The notes under the pieces were generated by a model. It did not search any database and was not told the origin of the DNA. It worked only from the letters and a program-made list of their open reading frames with translations. Below, piece after piece: positions 9,467 to 18,586 of a stretch of DNA of 64,000 nucleotides. Both the position numbers and the translations under genes were made by a program. The DNA comes from an uncultured Bacteroidota bacterium (lineage in GTDB: Bacteria > Bacteroidota > Bacteroidia > Chitinophagales > Chitinophagaceae), in assembly GCA_963759335.1 (NCBI GenBank), contig CAVWYU010000014.1:163551-227550 (forward strand), in the 5' to 3' direction. Every line of letters begins with the position of its first letter. Positions within the stretch are counted from its first letter, which is position 1.

Positions 9467-9974
9467 TTATGAACAAATTGTGGAAAACAAGCAAAGGCCC
9501 GCGGACACTCGTTTAAATGGCATTTCTTTATACTTATTTTCATATCGGTGAAAATGACGCTGTGTTTACCGTGAAACAATCAGAGAGAAGTGGAACCTAT
9601 ATACACAGGAGACCGGGTATAACCCTATTATTTGGGGGAAAAACACCCTTATCTATCCCGGTTTTCTGTGAAAGGAATGAGTAAAGAATTGTAATTATGA
9701 TTGTTATTTCGCAGGCAGGTGAACAAATGATCGGTTGTACGGTTTTTATTTATGAAACTGTTACTAAGTATTTGTCCCTATCCGGAAAGGACTGTTCTAA
9801 TGTTTAATACTCACAAAGGTATACTGAGTGCGCATCCGGGACTGTGATGAAAGTGTGCATACCTGTGGATAATAATATTTATTCTTACATATCTATTTTA
9901 TTTGGATGGTTTTCCACATAACCATCATTATAATAATAGTAGATCTATTTATATAAATAATATATTATTAATTA
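9467..9974. other. Candidate chromosomal replication origin (oriC)
   Basis: DnaA boxes TGTGGAAAA 9479-9487, TGTGGATAA 9864-9872 and TTTTCCACA 9910-9918. One-mismatch boxes at 9467-9475 and 9854-9862. T at every third base 9925-9940, then a 28-bp pure-AT run 9947-9974. parS and mnmG lie nearby. Confidence 0.65.
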
Positions 9975-9976
9975 CT

Positions 9977-10987
9977 ATGGCAGTTATCAACATCGAAGAA
10001 TTGAAAATGCAGATAGACCGGAAAGGATACCTGGATATGCCGGTAGATCCGGCGCTGGATCTTTTTTCCGAGATTGAACGGTTGAAGAAGGAAAAAAATT
10101 GCGTGCTTCTGGCGCATTATTATCAGGATGCCGATATTCAGGACGTTGCAGATTTTATAGGAGACAGTCTGGGACTTGCCCAGGAGGCGGCACGCACGAA
10201 GGCTGACATGATTGTATTTGCAGGTGTTCATTTTATGGCGGAGACCGCTAAAATATTGAACCCGGACAAAAAAGTTTTATTACCCGATCTGAAAGCGGGT
10301 TGTTCACTGGCTGATTCTGCACCGGCGGATCTGTTCAGGGCATTTCGTGAAAAGCATCCGGATCATCTTGTGATTTCATATATCAACTGCACAGCTGAAA
10401 TAAAAGCACTGAGTGATATTATCTGCACTTCTTCCAATGCTGAAAAAATTATTGAGAGCCTGCCGCCGTCACAGAAAATTATTTTTGCGCCGGATAAAAA
10501 TCTGGGAGCCTATCTGAAGAGAAAAACTGGCCGTGAAATGTTATTGTGGAATGGAGCCTGTATTGTGCATGAAATATTTAGTGTAAAAAAAATAACGGAA
10601 TTAAGAACGCGTCATCCGCTGGCAAAATTTATTGCGCATCCGGAATGTGAAGAACCTGTTTTACAGATGGCTGATTTTATCGGATCTACTACAGCACTGC
10701 TGAAATACACACAAAGCAGTACAGCAAAAGAATTCATAGTAGGGACGGAGTCGGGTATTATTCATCAGATGAAAATTTCATCGCCTGATAAAATATTTAT
10801 ACCGGCTCCGCCGGAAACAAACTGCGCCTGTAATGATTGTCCGTATATGAAACTGAACACACTGGAGAAACTTTATCTGTGTATGGAATACGAAACGCCT
10901 GAAATTTTAATGTCGGCAGATTTATTGAAGAAAGGTCGGATTCCCATCGAACGTATGTTGGACATTAGCAGACAGTACAACCTCTGA
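9977..10987 (+). CDS. nadA: Quinolinate synthase A
   Basis: [28 protein letters not shown] and CPYMK motifs; start at MAVIN (9977). Confidence 0.95.
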   Translation: MAVINIEELKMQIDRKGYLDMPVDPALDLFSEIERLKKEKNCVLLAHYYQDADIQDVADFIGDSLGLAQEAARTKADMIVFAGVHFMAETAKILNPDKKVLLPDLKAGCSLADSAPADLFRAFREKHPDHLVISYINCTAEIKALSDIICTSSNAEKIIESLPPSQKIIFAPDKNLGAYLKRKTGREMLLWNGACIVHEIFSVKKITELRTRHPLAKFIAHPECEEPVLQMADFIGSTTALLKYTQSSTAKEFIVGTESGIIHQMKISSPDKIFIPAPPETNCACNDCPYMKLNTLEKLYLCMEYETPEILMSADLLKKGRIPIERMLDISRQYNL

Positions 10988-10989
10988 TA

Positions 10990-11040
10990 AAGTATGTAAG
11001 CATTGCGCTTATGCTTAAGCTTTAAGCGTAAAACATACTT
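10990..11040. terminator. Hairpin between convergent nadA and mnmG with internal TAAGC-type heptamers
   Basis: Outer stem AAGTATGT/ACATACTT; inner TAAGCAT/ATGCTTA. Confidence 0.5.
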
Positions 11041-12901
11041 ATCGTCCCATATACACCATCAGAATCTGTATGTCGGTCGGATTGACTCCGCTGATACGGC
11101 TCGCCTGACCCAGTGTTCTGGGTTTTATTTTTTTAAATTTGATCAGTGCCTCCATGGAAAGTGCAGATAACCTGTCATAATCAAAGGATTCGGGAATAGA
11201 AAGCTGCTCCAGTTGTGATATTCGCTGAACGAGTTCTTTTTCTTTTTTGATGTATACTTCATACTTGAGCTGGATCTCAGCCTGCTCGAGTGCATGCGGG
11301 GCGAATTCCCGCAGTTTTTCATCCAGGGCAGGAATTCCTTCGCGCATCATCGTCAGGTCAATGTTGGGCCTTAAAAGCAGCTGCACCGCTTTTTGTTTTT
11401 GAATCAGTGGTGACATTTTCTTTGCACTCAGCATTTGTTCTGCTTCTTTTGGATCGACGGATGTTTCCTGTAGAATACGGGTGATATGAATAACCTCCAT
11501 TTTCTTGCGATTTACGGCTTCCAGTCTGTCAGCAGAAGCCAGACCCAGATGAAACCCTTTTTCCGTAAGACGTATATCCGCATTATCCTGCCTGAGCAGT
11601 GTTCTGAATTCCGCTCTGGAAGTGAACATTCTATATGGCTCTTCTGTGCCCTTACTGATGAGGTCATCGATCAGAACACCAATGTATGCTTCGCTCCGGT
11701 CTAAAATTACCGGCTCAAGAAAATTGATATTTTGATGTGCATTGATACCCGCCATAAGGCCCTGGCAGGCCGCCTCTTCATATCCTGTGGTACCGTTTAT
11801 CTGACCGGCAAGGAAAAGGTTTTTTATTATTTTGGTTTCAAGTGTGTGTCTAAGCTGGGTGGGGGGGAAATAGTCATATTCTATGGCATAGCCGGGTCTG
11901 AATGCCTTGAAATGAGCAAATCCGGGGATATTACGAAGAGCTTCGTATTGTACTTCTTCCGGCAATGACGTACTGAACCCGTTGACGTAAATTTCTACGG
12001 TGTTCCATCCTTCAGGTTCTATGAAGAGCTGGTGCCTTTCTTTGTCGGCAAAGCGGTTTAATTTATCTTCTATGCTTGGGCAATATCGGGGGCCGATTCC
12101 ATCGATCCTTCCCGCAAACATCGGACTCCTGTCAAAGCCTGTTTTTAATATTTCATGAACAGCAGGATTTGTATATGTGATCCAGCAGCTCCTTTGTTTT
12201 TTGGGAAGCGGAATATTCAGGTAAGAAAACCCTACAGGGTGCTCATCTCCTTTTTGTTCCTCCATTTTGCTGTAATCAAGACTTCTTCCGTCAATCCTTG
12301 GAGGCGTTCCGGTTTTTAAACGGTTTGACTCGAAACCCTCACTCACCAATTGTTCCGTTATCCCCGTGGCGGCTTTTTCAGCCATTCGTCCACCGCCAAA
12401 CTGTTTTTCACCAATATGAATGATGCCGTTTAAAAATGTTCCATTGGTTAAAACAACCGATTTGGAATAAATCCTGTTACCCATTCCGGTGACCACACCC
12501 CGCACAACCCCTTTTTCAATTATCAGTCCGTTGACCATATCCTGATAGAACTCAACCTTCGGAGTATTTTCAAGCATTTCGCGCCAGGTCGCCGCGAACA
12601 GCATACGATCACTTTGAGCTCTTGGACTCCACATGGCAGGTCCTTTGGATTTATTCAACATCCGGAATTGGATCATACTTCTGTCTGTTACAATACCGGA
12701 GTATCCACCCAGGGCATCGATTTCCCGCACTATTTGCCCTTTAGCCACACCGCCCATAGCCGGATTACAGCTCATTTGGGCAATGGTTTGAAGATTCATG
12801 GTAATCAGAAGGACCCGGGAACCCATATTGGCTGCTGCTGCGGCCGCTTCGCATCCTGCATGGCCAGCACCAACGACTATAACATCGTATGTTGAAAACA
12901 T
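11039..12901 (-). CDS. mnmG: tRNA uridine-5-carboxymethylaminomethyl modification enzyme
   Basis: GAGHAG, MSCNPAMGG, GPRYCPSIEDK and AGQINGTTGYEEA motifs; start at ATG 12901. Confidence 0.97.
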   Translation of the reverse strand: MFSTYDVIVVGAGHAGCEAAAAAANMGSRVLLITMNLQTIAQMSCNPAMGGVAKGQIVREIDALGGYSGIVTDRSMIQFRMLNKSKGPAMWSPRAQSDRMLFAATWREMLENTPKVEFYQDMVNGLIIEKGVVRGVVTGMGNRIYSKSVVLTNGTFLNGIIHIGEKQFGGGRMAEKAATGITEQLVSEGFESNRLKTGTPPRIDGRSLDYSKMEEQKGDEHPVGFSYLNIPLPKKQRSCWITYTNPAVHEILKTGFDRSPMFAGRIDGIGPRYCPSIEDKLNRFADKERHQLFIEPEGWNTVEIYVNGFSTSLPEEVQYEALRNIPGFAHFKAFRPGYAIEYDYFPPTQLRHTLETKIIKNLFLAGQINGTTGYEEAACQGLMAGINAHQNINFLEPVILDRSEAYIGVLIDDLISKGTEEPYRMFTSRAEFRTLLRQDNADIRLTEKGFHLGLASADRLEAVNRKKMEVIHITRILQETSVDPKEAEQMLSAKKMSPLIQKQKAVQLLLRPNIDLTMMREGIPALDEKLREFAPHALEQAEIQLKYEVYIKKEKELVQRISQLEQLSIPESFDYDRLSALSMEALIKFKKIKPRTLGQASRISGVNPTDIQILMVYMGR

Positions 12902-12904
12902 CAG

Positions 12905-12912
12905 CAAAAATA
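12905..12912 (-). promoter_or_regulatory. -7 element TATTTTTG (mnmG)
   Basis: Exact TAnnTTTG, 3 nt before the ATG. Confidence 0.55.
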
Positions 12913-13018
12913 CCTTTTATAAGCTGACGGCGTAAAACGCAAGGGGTAAAAAACCCTGATAACTATTTAATTGCTAAAGGCTAACCGACCACTAGTAGTG
13001 ACAAGGAACTGATTTATA

Positions 13019-13034
13019 CGTTCCACGTGAAACA
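13019..13034. promoter_or_regulatory. parS site (ParB binding)
   Basis: CGTTCCACGTGAAACA, one mismatch to TGTTNCACGTGAAACA. Confidence 0.8.
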
Positions 13035-13133
13035 ATGGGGACCACGGTAATTTAAGTTAACTCAAAAGCTGAGGATGTTTATTTCTACATATTCCCAGGT
13101 TAGTCTGCTTAAGAACAGGGAGTTTACAGCAGA

Positions 13134-13149
13134 TGTTCCACGTGAAACA
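13134..13149. promoter_or_regulatory. parS site (ParB binding)
   Basis: TGTTCCACGTGAAACA, exact consensus. Confidence 0.88.
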
Positions 13150-13162
13150 GTCATCGTTGGAC

Positions 13163-13591
13163 TTACAAATAAGACTTTAAATATCGATCCTCCATTTGCC
13201 TCATCCTTACTTTTTCAATTTCAGACTTATCTCCATAGCCACAGAAATGTAGGACACCGTGAAAAATGACTCTATGTAGCTCTTCCCGGATGGTCAACCT
13301 GGCGGCCCGGGCATTTTCACGAACACGGTCAACACTGATATAAATCTCCGCAATGAGGGGTTGATTTAATTCGGATAAGGGAAAACTTAATATATCCGTA
13401 TAAAAATCATGATCAAGAAACTGGCGGTTTAGCCCCAGCAAATAGTCATCATCGCAAAAGATGATATTCAGCTCATCCAGGACTTTCTTTTCTTTATTAA
13501 AAATGGATAGGATGAATTTTTTCAGACCTCCGCGATTTGATAGTGTACAGGGCATCAAAAAGTGAAACTGAACCTGGTTTTTTTTAATCAT
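13163..13591 (-). CDS. ybeY: rRNA maturation RNase YbeY
   Basis: TDILSF and HGVLHFCGYGD (H3XH5XH-type) motifs. Confidence 0.92.
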   Translation of the reverse strand: MIKKNQVQFHFLMPCTLSNRGGLKKFILSIFNKEKKVLDELNIIFCDDDYLLGLNRQFLDHDFYTDILSFPLSELNQPLIAEIYISVDRVRENARAARLTIREELHRVIFHGVLHFCGYGDKSEIEKVRMRQMEDRYLKSYL

Positions 13592-13632
13592 GTCATTTCC
13601 GAAAATCGTAAAGCCGATTGACTCAACAAAAC

Positions 13633-13640
13633 TACTTTTG
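13633..13640 (+). promoter_or_regulatory. -7 element TACTTTTG (feoA-nadD)
   Basis: Exact TAnnTTTG, 8 nt before the ATG. Confidence 0.55.
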
Positions 13641-13648
13641 TTCCTACA

Positions 13649-13879
13649 ATGAAAAGACTTTCTGAGTTAAGAACCGGAGCACGGGCCAGAATCCATTCCT
13701 TTGAAAAGAATGATGTTTTCTTAAAATTAATGGAAATGGGCTGTGTACCAGGCGAAATTATAAAAGTTGAGAAGATAGCTCCCCTGGGGGATCCCATATC
13801 GATCGCTGTAGCAGGTTATCAGCTTAGCCTGCGTTTGGATGAAGCGGATAATATTTTCGTGGACCCGATACCTGCGTAA
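13649..13879 (+). CDS. feoA: FeoA family protein
   Basis: KLMEMG..PG, APLGDP and LSLR..EA motifs. Confidence 0.9.
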   Translation: MKRLSELRTGARARIHSFEKNDVFLKLMEMGCVPGEIIKVEKIAPLGDPISIAVAGYQLSLRLDEADNIFVDPIPA

Positions 13880-13915
13880 ATTATTAATATAAAATATTGA
13901 TTATCAATATATTAC

Positions 13916-14488
13916 ATGAACATTGGATTATATTTCGGTTCTTTTAATCCGGTTCATCATGGACACCTGATTATCGCTAATCACGTAGTCCAGTCCACGG
14001 AACTCGAACAAGTCTGGTTTGTAGTTTCTCCTCAAAACCCCCTGAAGCCGGCTGCCGGCCTTTTGAACGAATATCACCGTCTCTTTCTGGTGAAAGCGGC
14101 CATTGAAGGAGAAAACCATTTAAGGGCAAGTGATATCGAATTCAAATTACCAAAGCCATCTTATACGGTAGATACGATAACGTATATCAGGGAACGCTTT
14201 CCACAACATATATTTTCAATCATCATTGGAAGCGATAGCTATCAAAATCTTCCCCGATGGAAAAATCACGAATATTTACTGGAGAACATTGAGTTTTATA
14301 TTTATGTACGCGCGGGTTTTGAAAATATCCCCGTATATAAAAATGCCCGCCCGCATATTCTTGAAGCGCCCTTATTGCAAATTTCGGCTACCCATATCCG
14401 TAATATATTGAGAGAGGGGAAATCGATCAGATACCTGGTACCCGATGTCGTAAAAGAAGAAATTGAAAGGAACCGGTATTACCTCTAA
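13916..14488 (+). CDS. nadD: Nicotinate-nucleotide adenylyltransferase
   Basis: GSFNPVHHGH, PQNPLK, SYTVDT and ISATHIR motifs. Confidence 0.93.
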   Translation: MNIGLYFGSFNPVHHGHLIIANHVVQSTELEQVWFVVSPQNPLKPAAGLLNEYHRLFLVKAAIEGENHLRASDIEFKLPKPSYTVDTITYIRERFPQHIFSIIIGSDSYQNLPRWKNHEYLLENIEFYIYVRAGFENIPVYKNARPHILEAPLLQISATHIRNILREGKSIRYLVPDVVKEEIERNRYYL

Positions 14489-14841
14489 GCAAAGCCGAGT
14501 TTTTTTCTGTCGGTAAGCGGGAGAGAGCGGGCTACCAGCTCATAAGAGTCGTCGATCATTTCCCGGATTTTTTTTGCCGACAACTGACCATTTAGAATTA
14601 CGGTATTCCAGTGTTTTTTATTCATGTGATATCCCGGAAGCACAGAACTATATTCTTCTCTAAGCTCTTCCGCTTTTTCGGGATCACATTTTACATTGAA
14701 CTGCAATGGCACGTTGTCCATGCCCATGAGCAGGAAAACCTTTCCTCTTACTTTAAATACCAAAGTCGTTTCTCCGAAAGGAAATGATTCTGTTGTAGCT
14801 TTTTTTTCCAGGCAGTATTTTCGGATGGTTTCCAGATCCAT
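14485..14841 (-). CDS. MmcQ/YjbR family DNA-binding protein
   Basis: ESFPFG, FKVRGKVF, KCDPE and PGYHMNKKHWNT motifs; start at MDLET (14841). Confidence 0.92.
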   Translation of the reverse strand: MDLETIRKYCLEKKATTESFPFGETTLVFKVRGKVFLLMGMDNVPLQFNVKCDPEKAEELREEYSSVLPGYHMNKKHWNTVILNGQLSAKKIREMIDDSYELVARSLPLTDRKKLGFA

Positions 14842-14875
14842 AGATGATGTTTTGCACCAGCCTTGAGCATTAGCC

Positions 14876-16864
14876 TCAATAAGCCAGTATCTTCTGTACT
14901 GTTTCCCAAAGCCTTGCGTTGGCGAGGAAATTTTTTTCCAGTTCAATATTAAACGGAACTGCAGTATCCAGGGAGGCGCAGCGCAGCACCGGTGCATCAA
15001 GCATTTCAAAACAATGTTCTCCGATCCAGGCACTGATTTCACCTCCGATACCCCCCGTTAATGTGTCCTCGTGCAAAACGACGACTTTACCGGTTTTTAA
15101 AACCGTTTCACGAATGGCCTCATAATCCAGTGGAAGCAGACTGCGCAGATCCAGGATATCAAAAGATATCTCGGGTTTCTGTGCAGCCAGTGCAATCGCC
15201 CAGTGAACACCCGCGCCATATGTTATAATGCTGATGTCATTTCCGCTTCTTACCAGAGCCGCCTTCCCGATTTCAATAATATAATAATGTTCAGGTAACG
15301 GACCGTTAATACTTCTGTATAAAACTTTATGCTCAAAATACAGAACCGGATTGGAATCAAGGATGGCTGCATTCAACAGTCCCTTGGCATCTGCCGGTGT
15401 AGAAGGGTAGACCACTTTTAATCCGGGCACATGAGAAAACCAGGCCTCATTGCTTTGAGAGTGAAAGGGACCAGCGCCCACACCAGCGCCCGTAGGCATG
15501 CGTATAACCGTATTAGCTGCCTGACCCCATCGGTAGTGAATTTTTGCCAGGTTATTCACTATCTGATTGAATCCGACAGCTGCGAAATCTGCAAATTGCA
15601 TTTCCATGACTGACTTATATCCTTCCAGGGAAAGTCCCAGTGCCGCACCTACAACGGCACTTTCACAAAGAGGCGTGTTTCGTACCCGCTCCCTTCCGAA
15701 TTTCTCCAGAAAACCTTCCGTAATCTTAAAGGCGCCACCATATTCAGCAATATCCTGACCCATCAGCACCAGGTTATCCTGTGATTCCATGCTCTGCCAT
15801 AAGCCTTCACGGATTCCATCAATAAATCTTTTTACAGGATAAGTTTCAGGAACGGGAGAAACGGATTCAACCCGAACATGATGCATAGTTACCTCCGCAT
15901 ACATATCTTTTAGCTCCTGTTCTGTGTCGGCTACTACAGGATTGTTTTGAACAGCTATAGCGGATTCAATGATATGACGGTATTCGTCGCGGATACCCTG
16001 GATTTTCTCTTCATCTAAAAGGCCTTCTCCGATGAGCCAGTTTTCATAGCATATGACAGGATCCTTTTTCTCCCAGAACTCAAACAATTCTGCAGGAATA
16101 TATTTTGTTCCACTGGCTTCCTCGTGGCCGCGCATACGGAAGGTCATGCATTCAACCAGATAAGGTTTTTGCTCGCGGATGCAAAATTCGCGGACTCCGC
16201 GTATCGTATCATAAACTTCCAGGATATTATTACCGTCAATTTGAACGGATTCCATTCCATAACCAATTCCCTTATCAGCGAGCTTTTTACTGCGGAATTG
16301 TTCTTTGACCGGAGTGCTCAATCCATATCCATTATTTTCAATAATAAAAATGACAGGCAGATCCCATACCGCAGCGAGATTTAATGCTTCGTGAAAATCT
16401 CCTTCCGAAGTACCCCCTTCACCCGTAAATGCAACTGATACTTTCGCTTGTTTCTTCAGAGTATAGGCCAGTGCGACACCATCCGCCAGCGCCAGCTGGG
16501 GGCCCAGGTGCGAAATCATACCGCAGATATGATGTTCTGCCGATCCGAAATGAAAGCTTCTTTCCCTTCCTTTACTAAATCCATCCGGACTTCCCTGCCA
16601 TTGCGAAAAAAGCCTGTCTACAGGCATTTGTCTCCCGGTAAAGATACCCAGGTTACGATGCAGGGGCATGATCCATTCATCCGGTGCGAGGGCAGAGACT
16701 ACCCCGGCAGATATGGCTTCCTGACCAATACCACTAAACCATTTGCTGATTCTTCCCTGGCGAAGCAGAACCAGCATTTTTTCTTCTATCAGTCTTGGAA
16801 AAAGAATGGTTCGATACAGATCCAGCAAAATATGATCGGAAAAATCTTTGCGGTCAAAAAACAT
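14876..16864 (-). CDS. Fused 2-oxoacid dehydrogenase E1 alpha/beta subunit
   Basis: TPP motif GEG..SEGDFHE..ENN; beta half with NTPLCE, EMQFADF and PFHSQ. Confidence 0.92.
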   Translation of the reverse strand: MFFDRKDFSDHILLDLYRTILFPRLIEEKMLVLLRQGRISKWFSGIGQEAISAGVVSALAPDEWIMPLHRNLGIFTGRQMPVDRLFSQWQGSPDGFSKGRERSFHFGSAEHHICGMISHLGPQLALADGVALAYTLKKQAKVSVAFTGEGGTSEGDFHEALNLAAVWDLPVIFIIENNGYGLSTPVKEQFRSKKLADKGIGYGMESVQIDGNNILEVYDTIRGVREFCIREQKPYLVECMTFRMRGHEEASGTKYIPAELFEFWEKKDPVICYENWLIGEGLLDEEKIQGIRDEYRHIIESAIAVQNNPVVADTEQELKDMYAEVTMHHVRVESVSPVPETYPVKRFIDGIREGLWQSMESQDNLVLMGQDIAEYGGAFKITEGFLEKFGRERVRNTPLCESAVVGAALGLSLEGYKSVMEMQFADFAAVGFNQIVNNLAKIHYRWGQAANTVIRMPTGAGVGAGPFHSQSNEAWFSHVPGLKVVYPSTPADAKGLLNAAILDSNPVLYFEHKVLYRSINGPLPEHYYIIEIGKAALVRSGNDISIITYGAGVHWAIALAAQKPEISFDILDLRSLLPLDYEAIRETVLKTGKVVVLHEDTLTGGIGGEISAWIGEHCFEMLDAPVLRCASLDTAVPFNIELEKNFLANARLWETVQKILAY

Positions 16865-16894
16865 ACACCCGTTATTTTTCTTAATGGCTGCCGG

Positions 16895-17242
16895 CTAATT
16901 TTCCGTCCGTGTAGATTTTTTATACAAAAATGAAGTCAGAATAGAAAGGAGGAGACTGAAAAGCAGCGCCCACCAAAAGCCATCCACTCTGAAACCATTG
17001 ACGAATTTTGCGGCCAGCAGAATAATCAGAGCATTGATAACAAACAAAAACAGGCCAAAAGTAAATATGGTAATTGGTAATGTAAGAATGATCAAAAGCG
17101 GTTTCACAAAAATATTCAGAAGCCCCAATACTACAGCCAGAATGAGTGCGGTTACAAATGACTGGATGTGAACACCACTTAAAATATAGGAAAGGGCAAA
17201 GGCGACGACGGCAGAAATGATAATTCTTAAAACGATATTCAT
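16895..17242 (-). CDS. 4-TM YvlD/phage-holin-4 family membrane protein
   Basis: VKPLLIILTLP..TFGLFLFVINA and GF.VDGFWWA motifs. Confidence 0.85.
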   Translation of the reverse strand: MNIVLRIIISAVVAFALSYILSGVHIQSFVTALILAVVLGLLNIFVKPLLIILTLPITIFTFGLFLFVINALIILLAAKFVNGFRVDGFWWALLFSLLLSILTSFLYKKSTRTEN

Positions 17243-17284
17243 AACTGCAAATTTTTGATCTGTGAAAATACAGAATCCACCACT

Positions 17285-18568
17285 TTAAAATACGGCGAGC
17301 TCATAAAAATCGCCGGGTTTCAGATATTTATTGGCCAATTCCTGTAACATTCCGGGTTGAATAGTTTTTATGGTTTCAATTCCATTGTAGAAATAATCTT
17401 CCGTGAGATCATTTAGGATCAGGCTTTTCCAGCGTCCCGCCACCTGGAATGGTCCGTCCAGGTCACCCAATAACGTCCCGATCATAAAATTTTTTGTTGT
17501 CTTTAGCTCTTCTTCGTCCACCGGCTCATCACAAAGTCGTTTCATTTCCAGATAGACCTCCCGAATGGTATCTTCCGTTACATCTTTCCCTGCTTCGGTT
17601 GAAATCATCAGCGCGCTTTCCTGGATAAGATTCGTCAGGTAACTATGAATCCCATAAGTATATCCTTTATCCTCCCTGATATTAGCCATGAGTCTCGATC
17701 CGAAAAAGCCACCGAAAATATTATTCAGCACCTGCATTTTCTGAAAGTCAGGATGATGCCGGTTCGGGAAATTACGCGCAATACGAATGGCCCCCTGAAC
17801 GCTTTCAGGATCATTGGTGATGCGATATTTTTTTTCTTTCACAGGAAGAATAGCCATATCGCTTCTGTCCGGTTTAACGGAACCGCTGAGGGGCAGACTT
17901 CCCAAATGCATTTCAACAAGGTTTTGTATATCTGCCGGCAGCGGACCCGCAACAAAAACCACACAACGACCACCCAGATAATACCGGTTATAAAATTCTT
18001 TTACAACTCCGATATTGAGCGCAGTATAGTCTTCCACAGAACTGAAACGACCATAGGGATGATCTGCACCAAACAAGTAGGTATCGATGAGCCGGCCCGC
18101 TATGAAATCATTTTTGCGCAGGTTTACCTGTAACCGCTGCTGCATATTTTTTTTATATATCTCCAGTTCTTCTTCAGGAAATATGGAATCTGCAATCAGT
18201 TCAGAAACTACGGGCAGTAATTCCGAAAAGTTCTTTTTCATGCAGTGCAACGAGAGCTCTGCTGTTTCGTGTCCCGCAGAACGGTTGAGATAGGCGCCAT
18301 GATATTCGAAAAAATCATTGATCTGGTAGGCGCTCTTTGTACGTGTTCCGTTTTTCAGCATGAAATTCGTAGCAGGAGCAACCAGGTTTTGTGTCTCGTA
18401 ACAATTTCCCGCATAGAAAACAATGTTCATCATGAGGGTATCCACCGTTCCCATGTCAACGAGGTAAACTTCTACTCCATTCTTCAGGGATATTTTTTTG
18501 TGGGGAGGAAGATTTAACTGAAATTTTACTGCATCGGTAATCTCCGGTACAGTTTTGCGATTCAACAT
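17285..18568 (-). CDS. M16 peptidase, non-catalytic partner subunit
   Basis: M16 fold; lacks HxxEH; carries REDKGYTYG. Confidence 0.85.
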   Translation of the reverse strand: MLNRKTVPEITDAVKFQLNLPPHKKISLKNGVEVYLVDMGTVDTLMMNIVFYAGNCYETQNLVAPATNFMLKNGTRTKSAYQINDFFEYHGAYLNRSAGHETAELSLHCMKKNFSELLPVVSELIADSIFPEEELEIYKKNMQQRLQVNLRKNDFIAGRLIDTYLFGADHPYGRFSSVEDYTALNIGVVKEFYNRYYLGGRCVVFVAGPLPADIQNLVEMHLGSLPLSGSVKPDRSDMAILPVKEKKYRITNDPESVQGAIRIARNFPNRHHPDFQKMQVLNNIFGGFFGSRLMANIREDKGYTYGIHSYLTNLIQESALMISTEAGKDVTEDTIREVYLEMKRLCDEPVDEEELKTTKNFMIGTLLGDLDGPFQVAGRWKSLILNDLTEDYFYNGIETIKTIQPGMLQELANKYLKPGDFYELAVF

Positions 18569-18586
18569 AAGGTATAATTCAAAAAG

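Noticed and set aside
9416-9976. Known NAD+ riboswitch upstream of nadA
   Set aside because: No recognisable match to the described classes by eye; DnaA boxes and the AT tract explain the proximal region better.
11861-11867. G7 tract in mnmG as a phase-variation site
   Set aside because: In frame, encodes the conserved FPP segment, and lies in a housekeeping gene.
16895-17242. Phage-holin-family gene as a sign of a prophage
   Set aside because: No endolysin, integrase or structural genes nearby; this family is a common chromosomal membrane protein.
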